From positions 22,878,001 through 22,942,000 of the forward strand of contig OX597831.1 in assembly GCA_951406725.2 (NCBI GenBank): a DNA stretch of 64,000 nucleotides, in the 5' to 3' direction. The stretch is from Octopus vulgaris. Taxonomy: Eukaryota. Of the stretch, positions 14,431 through 25,993 are shown piece by piece (position 1 is the first letter of the stretch; each line of letters starts with the position of its first letter). The notes under the pieces are model-generated. The model worked only from the letters and a program-made list of their open reading frames with translations. It had not been told where the DNA came from and searched no databases. The translations under genes were made by a program, and so were the position numbers.

Positions 14431-15067
14431 CATATCTAGTAATAATTACAGTCTACACACACACACACACACGTGCGTGTATGTGTGTGAGATCATCTTC
14501 ATCATCATCATTATGACATTAGTAGGGTGGTTTGACAGCATTCGTTGGATAGTTTGACATATTTAATCAGTATCTACTTTGGCTTGTTTTTCTATGGCTG
14601 GATGCACTTCCTAATGCCAAACATTTTACACCATGTACAGGGTGCATTTTTTTTTTGTGATAGTTGTGGGAATGAAGTTGCTAATAGAGCTCACAAAACT
14701 ATGATCCCTGAGGGAGGGTCAAGTCGTTTTTTACTGGTCGTCAAGGAGTTAATGTATGAGAAAAGAGAGTCTCAGAGTAGGTTCTTATAGAATTGCATGA
14801 TTACTTACATTCTGTAGAAGAGAGAGAATTCTGTGCATGGTGCTTTATATAGTGGCATGCACAATGTTCTTGGGCCTTAAGTTATATTCTAACTTCTCTG
14901 CATTAAAAATAAAACCTGTACACACACACACACACACACACACACATTAAAGTTTGATTTTATGCAAAGTTATATTTAAAAACTCTCTCTCTCACTCTGT
15001 TTCTTTCTTTCTATCTTTCTTTCTTTCTCTACCTATCTACCGACCTATCTACCTACCTGTCTGTATG

Positions 15068-15151
<84 letters not shown>

Positions 15152-16002
15152 CAGCAAGAAGAAAATGGAAGGAATACAGAAATACTATACATCAACTATT
15201 AGACATTATATCATGTCTATTTATTCTAAAACATTTATGAGAATATATACATATGTAAAGACTGTGTATTACATACATACGTACCAGTAATTCATATAAT
15301 AGAAAAAGAAATATATATGAATACACACTCACATATATAGTTATATGCATATAGATACAGGCATACATATTACATATGTGTGCCAAGTGAATAGTGAGAG
15401 AGAGAAATGGCAACAGAAAGGGAGAAAGAGAGGAGAGAGAAATGAGAATTTGATATTTGACTTTCAGTTCTCTGGTAACTCCACAATTATTTTGAAACCC
15501 ATGAGATTGTTGGACATTTATAGAAAATGAAATACATACCTGTAATTCCCCTAGTAGTGAGAGCTGTTAGAAGTGACACAATTTCTTCAGGAAGTTTGGC
15601 AGAATTTGGCATTTGAATTTGAAATTATGGAATTATAAGGGAAAATTAATGCATAGCATTCATGTATTTAATTCATGTTTGTTTACTTATTATGAAGACC
15701 CTAAAACTTCTTGTCAGTTTTAATCATCTATAGCACTATTTCATTCATTTAGAAATTGTAAGCATGATATAATCTGACTTTTTAATTAATTAATTTATGA
15801 AGTGAGATATTTCATTAAAGATGGAAATAATGACAGCCTTGAGGAAATCCATGGAATGTGTTGGTTTTTTTTTTCCTTTTCCTGCATAGAACATCACATT
15901 ATATCTATAGAAAATGAAATTTTCTGAAAATCCAGAAAGATTCATGAGTAATACTGTAGGTATTGTCTTAGGAAAGAACATCTTTGAAAACTATATTCTT
16001 AT

Positions 16003-16416
16003 AGGCGCAGGAGTGGCTGTGTGGTAAGTAACTTGCTTACCAACCACATGGTTCCGGGTTCAGTCCCATTGTGTGGCACCTTTGGCAAGTGTCTTCTGCT
16101 ATAGCCTCGGGCCCATCAAAGCCTTGTCAGTGGATTTGGTAGACGGAAACTGAAAGAATCCCGTCGTATATATGTATATATATGTATGTATGTATGTGTT
16201 TGTATATGTTTGTGTGACTGTGTTTCTCCCCTCAGCATCGCTTGACAACCAATGCTGATGTGTTTACATCCCCGTAACTTAGCGGTTCGGCAAAAGTGAC
16301 TGATAAGTACTAGGCTTTCAAAGAATAAGTCCTGGGGTCGATTTGCTTGACTAAAAGTGGTGCTCCAGTATGGCTGCAGTCAAATGACAGAAACAAGTAA
16401 AAGAGTAAATGAGAGT
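16003..16416 (+). mobile_element. SINE family A, full length
   Basis: GGCGCAGGAGTGGCTGTGTGG start through GAAACAAGTAAAAGAG end. Confidence 0.9.
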
Positions 16417-17375
16417 ATGTTATTCACTTATCCCCTCTTTTACCTTTGTGAGTTATCTATTATGGTTATCCCAACACCAGGAAGTGAATGTCCCCTAGAA
16501 AAAGTTACATAAAATCATCCAAGATTAACATATTTGTTCATGAAGCAATAATGAAAATTTCTTGGATATTTGTCATAAAGACCTTGTTCTCATTGAAAAC
16601 TCTAAACGTATTTGAAACTAATCTCTCTCTAATGCAAAAGATAAATGGATATCTTTGAGCAGGGTTTGTTCCCTGGAATTAAACCCATTCATTTTGATCA
16701 TGCATTATTTATCAACTCTGCTTCTATGCAGCATTTGTCTCAGTTAGTCTTCTTCATTTCTGTTTGATGACATAATCCTTGCCAAAGAGAGATATATTTC
16801 ATAACAACATAATTATTGTACCATGATTTAGATTTAACTCAGAATCTGCTGTTTGAGATCAATCTTAGTAAGTTCATACATTATGGAAATTCTTTAGCCC
16901 TCTCTTAATCTTCAACTTTGTTCCATAGTTTAATATCTAATTAACTTATAAATAAATGTATACGTTGCATCTATAATGGATTAAGTCTTCAATTTCCTTC
17001 CATATTCCTTCATTTCTTGGTTTTACAACTGCTTTGTTTGAGGGGGTGTATATATATATATTATTAAGATATTGTTTTACAGCTGGATACTCTTCCTGTG
17101 GCTTAACCTCTAACTCATTTTGAAGCAGTGGGTGATATATTCTTAATTAAAACATTTGAGATATAACAACATGACCTCAGCCCTACAAGTGAAATTAGTA
17201 AAAGAACATATATATATATATATATATAAGTATATAAACACATATATACACACATATAATGTTCATTATGACATGTGGTTTGCCCCCTGAAGAATGTTTG
17301 AGTTCTCTCAACATATGAAACTATTAGTAGTGCTTTAACACATGTATTGTGTCCTTTAAATAATAATAATAATTA

Positions 17376-17424
<49 letters not shown>

Positions 17425-17476
17425 ATATATACATACATACAATATATGAGATGAGATTAGGCTATAAAAATCTATA

Positions 17477-17872
17477 GGTGCAAGAGTGGCTGTGTGGTAA
17501 GAAGCCTGTGTACCAACCCCATGGTTCCAGGTTCATTCCCACTGCATGGCACTTTGGGCAAGTGTCTTCTACTATAGCCTCGGGCTGACCAAAGCCCTGT
17601 GAGTGGATTTGGTAGATGGGAACTAAAAGAAGCCCGTCGTATATATGCATGTATATATGTATGAATGTGTGTGTTGATATGTTTGTGTCTCTCTGTTTGT
17701 CCCCCCAGCATTGCTTGACATTGCTATAACTTAGTGGTTCGGCAAAAGAACCTGATAGAATAGGTACTAGGCTTCCAAAGAACAAGTCCTGGGGTTGATT
17801 TGCTTGACTAAAGGTGGTGCTCTAGCATGGCCACATTCAAATGACTGAAACAAGTAAAAGAGTAAGAGAGAG
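17477..17872 (+). mobile_element. SINE family A with small internal deletion
   Basis: Head, core and tail match. Confidence 0.85.
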
Positions 17873-17882
17873 TATATATATA

Positions 17883-18188
17883 TCTTTATATATAAAATTG
17901 ATGTTGTGTGTGTGAGACTCTGTCTCCTCCGATTTAGATTCCCAACTACTCCCACATTTTGCGGTGCAGTTTAACCAAAATCGGGTATCTTATAGTCGTC
18001 ATTCATATCGAGCCCTCCTGGGTACTAGTGAGCGTCTACGATGAGTCTACGATTTAAAAAAAATTTACCATCATTTTACCGCAATTTTAACGATTTTTGC
18101 TTGGGTTATATAAGGGAAGTAACTCTCTAAAAATGCTTATATAGTTATTTCCCTTACAAACACGAGCAACGCTGGGCGATACTGCTAG
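17883..18188 (+). mobile_element. Non-autonomous Helitron-like element (about 306 bp)
   Basis: 5' A|TCTTTATATATAAAA start, 3' degenerate hairpin CACGAGCAACGCTGGG then CTAG|T; inserted in an AT dinucleotide with no TSD. Confidence 0.7.
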
Positions 18189-18190
18189 TA

Positions 18191-18615
18191 TTAAATAAAA
18201 TGAAACAACAAAGCCAAGGCAGTGTGAAATTCCTAGTTGTTGTCTTACAGCTGTTTCAGGGATATAAGGGATATACCTTCATCAGAGATGATACGAGAGA
18301 GATAAATAGAAGGAAGTATTAGAGTTCAGTATAAGAAGATATTTTGGAAAGGGAGATATATAGAAAGTGTAAAGAGGAATAAGAGAATAAAAATAAAAAT
18401 TTATGCTAGCTGTTACAGTTGCAGTTTCATTATCCAAGGTAAGTACTGTATAGAATGGGTAGAAATGCTTCATGTCCATGGGGTGTAGATTCCGATAGGA
18501 GTTCATATTTTATTATTACAGATGGATAGTGTAGAGACATTAATTCCATGTGCTGTTCATTCATAAGGGTCTTAAATTTCACACTACCTTGGCTTTGTGG
18601 TCTCATTTTATTTAA
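18191..18615 (-). mobile_element. Penelope-like remnant with 41-bp inverted termini and a hammerhead motif
   Basis: 18191-18231 is the reverse complement of 18575-18615 (3 mismatches); hammerhead core at 18243-18288. Confidence 0.65.
18243..18288 (-). ncRNA. Minimal type I hammerhead ribozyme motif
   Basis: Minus strand: TCT-CTGATGA-AGGTATAT ccctt ATATCCCT-GAA-ACAGCTGT-A-AGA; intact core, palindromic stem III, GUA site, 3-bp stem I. Confidence 0.7.
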
Positions 18616-18674
18616 CATATATGGCCTCAGTCCACTTATGCATACCTTTCCTTCTTGAGACACAAAACTCTACA

Positions 18675-19162
18675 AGTGAAGACCTGTTGAGGCAAGTGAA
18701 AATCAAAATCAAAATCAAAATCAAAAATCAAATTCGATCAACATGAATGGAAATTGTAGCTGTGATACCAGTGCCGGTGGCACATAAGAGAACTATCCAA
18801 ATGTGGCCGTTGCCAGCGCTGCCCCAACTGGCTTCCGTGTCGTTGGCACGTAAAAAGCACCATCCGATCGTGGCTGTTTGCCAGCCTCGCCTGGCCTCCG
18901 TGTCAGTGGCACGTAAAAAGCACCGTCCGATCGTGGCCGTTTGCCAGCCTTGTCTGGCACCTGTGCCAGTGGCACGTAAAAAGCACCCACTACACTCATG
19001 GAGTGGTTGGCATTAGGAAGGGCATCCAGCCATAGAAACATTGCCAGATCAGACTGGGCCTGGTGCAGCCTTCTGGCTTCCCAGACCCCAGTTGCACCGT
19101 CCAACCCATGCCAGCATGGAAAGCGGACGCTAAACGATGATGATGATGATGATGATGATGAT
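18675..19162 (+). mobile_element. RTE LINE 3' UTR copy (5'-truncated), about 4 stem-loop units
   Basis: GTGGCACGTAAAAAGCAC units, GGAAGGGCATCCAGC motif, (GAT)n tail. Confidence 0.85.
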
Positions 19163-19518
19163 ATATACGATCACACACACGAATTGCATTAGACTCCTTA
19201 CTCATACTATTATCGAAACGGTGGTCTAACTATAGTTCTTCCGTAATACTTATATAGCCTTACCTGCCATTTTGGGTCTTCAGGATAACAAAACCTTTGA
19301 TATGTAGCAGGCAGCTTTCAGATCCTATCAACCTAATTTACTCACAAAGATTTGATTGGTTCAGAGCTACAGTAGAAGGCAATTGCTCAAAGTACCATGT
19401 ACTGAGATTGAACCCGGAAACCATATGGTTGGGAAAACAGACTTCTTAACCACATAGCCATGACTGCACCTATTTCAGCATCCGGGAAAATTCCTTGCAG
19501 TATTTGTTCCAAATTTTG

Positions 19519-19937
19519 CAGGAGTGGCTGTGTGGTAAGTAGCTTGCTAACCAACCACATGGTTCCGGGTTCAATCCCACTGTGTGGCATCTTGGGCAAG
19601 TGTCTTCTGCTATAGCCCCGGGCCGACCAATGCCATATGAGTGGATTTGGTAGACGGAAACTGAAAGAAGCCCGTCGTATATATGTATATATATATATAT
19701 GTGTGTGTGTGTGTTTTGTGTGTCTGTGTTTGTCCCCCTAGCATTGCTTGACAACCGAGGCTGGTGTGTTTACGTCCCCGTCACTTAGCGGTTCGGCAAA
19801 AGAGACCGATAGAATAAGTACTGGGCTTACAAAGAATAAGTCCCAGGGTCGATTTGCTCGACTAAAGGCGGTGCTCCAGCATGGCTGCAGTCAAAATGAC
19901 TGAAACAAGTAAAAGAGTAAAAGAGAGAGAAAAGAGT
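19519..19937 (+). mobile_element. SINE family A, full length, close to consensus
   Basis: Head, core and tail intact. Confidence 0.9.
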
Positions 19938-20144
19938 ATTCTGAGTTCAAATACCACTAAAGTCAGCTTTGGCATTCCCCTTTTTATAGTCAATAAAATA
20001 AAGTACTATAAAGTATCAATCAAATAGTAAGGTCAATGGTATCCAAGTAGCCCCCTCCCTTCAAAACTATAAAACTTGGCTTTATTTCTAAATGAAAAAA
20101 ACTCATTAATTATTTAATTAAGCTTTTCCATTTCTCACACATTG

Positions 20145-20181
20145 TTTATATTTCTTTTTCTTTTTTCTCTTCCAGGTAAGT
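20145..20181 (+). promoter_or_regulatory. Candidate 3' splice site immediately followed by a consensus 5' splice site (recursive-splice-site motif)
   Basis: TTTCTTTTTCTTTTTTCTCTTCCAG|GTAAGT with AG at 20174-20175; CTCAC branch-like motif just upstream. Confidence 0.4.
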
Positions 20182-20578
20182 CATGCAAATGTCTTCGGAC
20201 CACTCATTTACCAATTCCTGAGATTTTGTGGGACGTACAGGAGAACACCAGAAATGAAACATGAAGAAGACTGAAGTCTGAAGAGGTTTTATTTTGGAAG
20301 TGAGGGGCTGGGATGAAAATACTGGGACTAACAACTGAAAGAGGTGACTAATTCATTGTAATTCATCTGCCCTCTCCTTCCCTCTGCCTCTCCCTCTCCT
20401 TCTCTCTGCCTCTTCTCTCTCCTTCCCTCCACTCCCTCTCTCTCACTCTGTATATACATTTATATATATAAATTTGGTATTTGTATGTGTGGTTTTCTGA
20501 GTAGATGTATGTGTAGTGTGTGCATGTGTGAGTGTTGTAAATAATAGATACTTTATGCCTTAATATGTATGCATGAAT

Positions 20579-20609
<31 letters not shown>

Positions 20610-20996
20610 CACATTTACATATATATATTTATTAATGTATACAAATATATATATATATATATACATATTTACATATATATATGTATTAATAAATGCAAAT
20701 ATATATATATATAATCTTCGAGAGATTTAGAAATTCAATATTTCTTATATATATAAATACATATATATAAATATATATATGTATATATTTACATATATAT
20801 ATATATAAACGTATAGAAATATATATATAAATATAAATACATAAATCTATATATTCACATATATATATGTTTAAATGTATATAAATACATATATGTATAT
20901 ATGTATATATTTACATATACATATGTATAAATGTACATGAATTCATGTGTATAAATGTACATAAATACATATATATAAATGCATATAAATATATAA

Positions 20997-21036
<40 letters not shown>

Positions 21037-21090
21037 GGAGATGTACTTGCATAGCAAGTGACATGGTCTGAGATTGTGTGCTGGAACGAA

Positions 21091-21684
21091 TACAATTGCA
21101 GCATGTAAGGTGTATATAAGCCATTAAAACACACAAAAACCATTAGAATCACTTCATTTAAATTTAATTTGCCAAAATATTTTCAACTCTTTGAGACATT
21201 GACCTGTTCACTGATAAAATTCCGTGCTGCATCTGAGAAAGTAACAGTTAGTTCATGATATATATGCACATATGTATGTATGTATGTATACATACATATG
21301 TACATACATATATATCATGAACTAACTGTTACTTTCTCAGATGCAGCACAGAATTTAATCAGTGAACAGGTCACTGTCTCAAAGAGATGAAAATGTGACC
21401 TGTTCACTGATTAAATTCCGTGCTGCATCTGAGAAAGTAACAGTTAGTTCATGATATATATGCACATATGTATGTATGTATGTATGTATACATACATATA
21501 TACGTACATATATATCATGAACTAACTGTTACTTTCTCAGATGCAGCACGGAATTTTATCAGTGAACAGGTCACTGTCTCAAAGAGATGAAAATATCTTG
21601 GCAAATTAAATTTAAATGGTGAAGGGATTCTAATGGTTTTTGTGTTTTAAATGGCTTATAAACACCTTCCATGCTTCAATTGTA
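21091..21684. repeat. Nested palindrome with four alternating arms
   Basis: Arms at 21091-21260 (fwd), 21313-21394 (rev), 21395-21456 (fwd), 21513-21684 (rev). Confidence 0.9.
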
Positions 21685-21816
21685 ATATATATATATATAT
21701 GTATATTTTTACATATATATATATGTATAAATATATACATATCTGTATATATTTACATATATATATGTATAATTGTATATACATATATATACATACATAT
21801 ATATATATACATATAT

Positions 21817-21850
<34 letters not shown>

Positions 21851-22451
21851 CTGTAATATAATGCTATGAAAATGCTATGAAAAAAATGCTATGAAAATGA
21901 CCGTTAAACAAAGGGAAATTACTATGTAAATGACCATTATTAAGACAAAAGAGCTATGAAAATGACCGTTAAATGAGGGGAAAAAAACGAAGGGGAGAAA
22001 GTAAAAAAGTAAGAAGGCACATAGAAATCATGTATGCGTGTATATATATATTTGTTGTGCAAGATTTTTTATGTGAAGTCGTGTGTTGAAACAGATATTG
22101 TTATATTTTGGAATGGTCATATTGCCAGTTTAGCCAATAAAAACACACGCACTATATATTTGGTGTTATTTAGTTTTTTACATTAATCTTAATCTTATTT
22201 CGGCTGACGGTTAGTAAGGAGAGACACAAATAAGTAAGAAGAAAACAAAAGACCACTGATGCGATCTCAGAGCATAGGCTCGAAATGTTAAAGACGTTTT
22301 CACTTCCCGAGCATTATACTAATATATCTGCTTGTTGTCTACACCACCTGTCTTCGTCCTTTGTTTATTTGTGAATTCTCCACACATATATATATATATG
22401 TATATATATATGTATTTATGTATATATATATATGTATATATGTATTTATGT

Positions 22452-22781
22452 GAAGGCGCATGGCTCAGTGGTTAGAGCGTCGAGCTTACGATCGTGAGGT
22501 TGTGAGCTCGAATCCCGGGCTGCGTGTTGTGTTCTTGAGCAAGACACTTTATTTCACGTTGCTCCAGTTCACTCAGCTGTAGAAATGAGTTGCGATGTCA
22601 CGGGTGCCAAGCTGTATCGACCTTTGTCTTTCCCTTGGATAACACTGGTGGCGTGGAGAGGGGAGACCGGTATGCATGGGCGACTACTGGTCTTCCATAA
22701 AAAAACCTTGCCCAGACTTGTGCCTCAGAGGGTAACTCTCTAGGTGCAAACCCATGGTCACTCATGACCGAAGGGGGTCTT
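22452..22781 (+). mobile_element. tRNA-derived SINE family C, full length
   Basis: TGGCTCAGTGG A-box, GCTCGAATCCC B-box; matches 23625-23922 and 35066-35403. Confidence 0.9.
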
Positions 22782-22804
22782 TATATATATATATATATAT
22801 ATAT

Positions 22805-22881
22805 ATGGCCGAGTGGTTAAGGCGTTGGACTTAAGTTCCAATGGACAAGTGTCCACGTGGGTTCATACTCCACTTGTGCTA
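22805..22881 (+). pseudogene. tRNA-Leu(TAA) pseudogene, 5' acceptor strand lost
   Basis: ATGGCCGAGTGGTTAAGGCG D-arm; TTGGA-CT-TAA-GT-TCCAA anticodon arm (TAA at 22832-22834); GGACA-AG-TGTCC long variable arm; mutated T-loop TTCATAC; 3' TTGTGCTA. Confidence 0.85.
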
Positions 22882-23082
22882 AAAGCATTTTTAAACGGCG
22901 GTGCATCAGCATGGCCTCAGCTCTGAGCTGAAACAAGCAAAAAAAAAAAAAAGCACACACTTATATATATATATGTATATGTATGTATGTATATACATAC
23001 ACATATATATATTCATACATATATATATAAATTCAGATATGTGTATATTTACATATGCATATATATGTATAAATGTATAGAA

Positions 23083-23129
<47 letters not shown>

Positions 23130-23624
23130 CATGCACATATTTATACGCGCACACACACACATATACATACATGTATATACGTATGTATATTTGTATACAT
23201 ATGCTTGTGTACATGTATGTAGGTATATCCTGGGCAATTAGATGCCAATGATTTTTTACACTTAAACAACCACCATGAAACTTATCTAGACACCCCAAAA
23301 TTGAGGTGTTTTTTTTTTATGTTTTTAATCCAATTAATATCCTTCATCGATTCACAGCTCTGGTGTCTCACAAAATATTAAAACAAAGATGAAGAAAATA
23401 CTTTTAATGTTTACATTTCTTTTTGTCAGAGATTATAAAGAAAATCTAGCTTTCGCACGATTTGTTTTTCAAAGATGTTTACAACATCCACACCAAAAAA
23501 GATAAAAAACAAACAGAAGCAAAAGTGTATATTCAGGCACAAAATTAAATAATAGCACAATTTTATTTAAGAGACGTTTGGTAAATGTTATAATATATTT
23601 AGTACTACCTAAATATTCTGGGTT

Positions 23625-23922
23625 AAGGTGCATGGCTCAATGGTTAGAGCGTCGAGCTTACGATCGTGAGGTTGTCAGTTCGAATCACTTTATTTCACAT
23701 TGCTCCAGTTCACTCAGCTGTAGAAATGAGTTGCGAAATGTGACAGGTGCCAAGCTGTATCGGCATTTGCCTTTCCCTTGGATGACATCGGTGGCATGGA
23801 GGGAGGAGGCCAGTATGCATGGGCGACTGCTGGTCTTCCATGAACAACCTTGCCCGGACTTGTGCCTGGAAGGGTAACTTCCTAAGTGCAATCCCATGGT
23901 CAGTCATGACCGAAGGGTGTCT
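23625..23922 (+). mobile_element. SINE family C with internal deletion
   Basis: Match to 22452-22781. Confidence 0.85.
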
Positions 23923-24820
23923 CAGCAAATACTCTGGAACATTGATATCTATTTATCTATATCTATCTTCCTTCTTTTATTCTCTTACTTGTTTCAGTAA
24001 TTTGACTGCAGCCATGCTGGAGCACCACCTTGAAGGGTTTTTAGTTGACCCCAGGGCAATATATATACATATATGTATATATATATATATATATACCGGG
24101 CATGGCTGTGTGGTTAGGGAGCTTGCTTCCTAGCTATATGGTTTCGGGTTCAGTCCCACTGCGTGGCACTTTGGGTAGGTGTCTTTCACTATAGCCCCGA
24201 GCTGACCGGAGCTTTGTGATTGAATTCGGTAGGTGGAAGTTACTGCCGTGTGTGTATATGTGCGTGTAGGTGCTTGTGCCTCTCCGAAAGAGAGAGATAG
24301 ATAGATAAATAGATATAGAAAAATACATGTCCAGACACACACACACACACACACACTCACAAACACATATAAATATATATATATTCGTGTTACATTTAAA
24401 AATCACAATGCCCTGTGACTGGCTCCCATGCTGGTGGCATGTAAAAATCACTCACTACACTCTCAGTGTGGTTGATGTTAGGAAGGGCATCCAGCTGTTA
24501 AACTGTCCAACCCATGCCAGCATGGAAAAGGGACGTTAAACGATGATGATGATATGTATGTATATATACACACACACATATATATATATTTTAGGTAGTG
24601 GGTAGCGATTTTCTTCACTACTTCAGGGAATGATGACCCTGCCTGACACAAGTCCCAGGCTCAGCTGGTTCCCCAAGACACCTGATTGCAGGCCAGAGGG
24701 TATATCAGCTGAAATGTTGTGTTAACAACAAACATGATGAGGACAAATATCCTTCAAATTTAAATAATGTACATAATTCCTCATCTGTTAGATATAGAAC
24801 TGAAAGAAGCCTGTTGTGTG

Positions 24821-24859
<39 letters not shown>

Positions 24860-25134
24860 GTGAATGAATTATCCTATGTTTATCGTTCGAAACATGTGTC
24901 GAGAGTAAAGGAATTTTGTTAACATCTTCGTTCGACTCCATTCTTTCATTTATTCATATATATATCATCATCACCATCATCATCATCATCATTTAGCGTC
25001 CGTTTTCCATGCTAGCATGGGTTGGACGGTTTAACTGGGGTCTGTGAAGCCGGAAGGCTTCATCAGGCCCAGTCAGATTTGGCAGTGTTTCTACGGCTGG
25101 ATGCCCTTCCTAACGCCAACCACTCCGCGAGTGT

Positions 25135-25965
25135 AGTGGGTGATTTTTACGTGCCACCTGCACAGGTGCCAGTCAGAGCTGGCAAACGGACATGAACGGA
25201 CGGTGCTTTTACGTGTCACTGGCACGGGGGCCAGCCGAGGCTGGCAATGAACACGAACGGATGGTGCTTTTACGTGCCACCGACACGGGGCCAGACAGAG
25301 CTGGCAAACGCCCACGAACGGACGGTGCTTTTACGTGTCACTGGCACGGGTGCCAGCCGAGGCTGGCAACGGACATGAACGGATGGTGCTTTTACGTGCC
25401 ACCGACACGGGGCCAGACAGAGCTGGCAAACGGCCACGAACGGACGGTGCTTTTATGTGTCACCGGCACGGGGGCCAGCCGAGGCTGGCAACGAACACGA
25501 ACGGATGGTGCTTTTACGTGCCACCGACACATACGCCCATGAACGGACGGTGCTTTTACGTGTCACCGGCACGGGGGCCAGCTGAGGCTGGCAACGGACA
25601 CGAACGGATGGTGCTTTTACGTGCCACCAACACGGGGCTAGACAGAGCTGGCAAACGCCCACGAACGGACGGTGCTTTTACATGTCACCGGCACGGGGGC
25701 CAGCCGAGGCTGGCAATGGACACAAACGGATGGTGCTTTTACGTACCACCGACATGGGGCCAGACAGCTGGCAAACGGCCACGAACGGACAGTGCTTTTA
25801 CGTGTCACCGGCACGGGGGCCAGCTGAGGCTGGCAACGAACACGAACGGATGGTGCTTTTACATGCCACCGACACGGGCGCCAGACAGAGCTGGCAAACG
25901 GCCACGAGCGAATGGTGCTTTTACGTATCACCGACACGGGTGCCAGCCGAGGCTGGCAGCGGACA
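25135..25965. repeat. 61-bp tandem array (about 14 units, alternating A/B dimers) in the RTE 3' UTR
   Basis: GGTGCTTTTACGTG recurs about every 61 bp; units alternate GCCAGCCGAGGCTGGC and GCCAGACAGAGCTGGC. Confidence 0.9.
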
Positions 25966-25993
25966 CAGATATATGATTTGATTTTGATTGTTC

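Noticed and set aside
18410-18445. AAG|GTAAGT possible micro-exon or recursive site
   Set aside because: No pyrimidine tract, and it lies inside the fold-back retroelement.
22452-22530. SINE heads as functional tRNA genes (also 53167 and 9824)
   Set aside because: A and B boxes are present but there is no complete cloverleaf, and they run directly into SINE bodies.
22952-22958. AGCACAC after the poly(A) resembles the missing tRNA 5' acceptor strand (circular permutation?)
   Set aside because: Only 6-7 nt and merges into a CA repeat; chance is likely.
25040-25070. Minus-strand CTGATGA-AGCC-ttcc-GGCT hammerhead-like start
   Set aside because: No GAAA after stem II; paralogs read CTGGTGCAGCC.
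25135-25965. Regularly spaced repeats resembling a CRISPR array, and overlapping ORFs up to 213 aa
   Set aside because: The spacers are themselves repeated, the context is a eukaryotic LINE UTR, there are no cas genes, and the ORFs are by-products of the tandem array.
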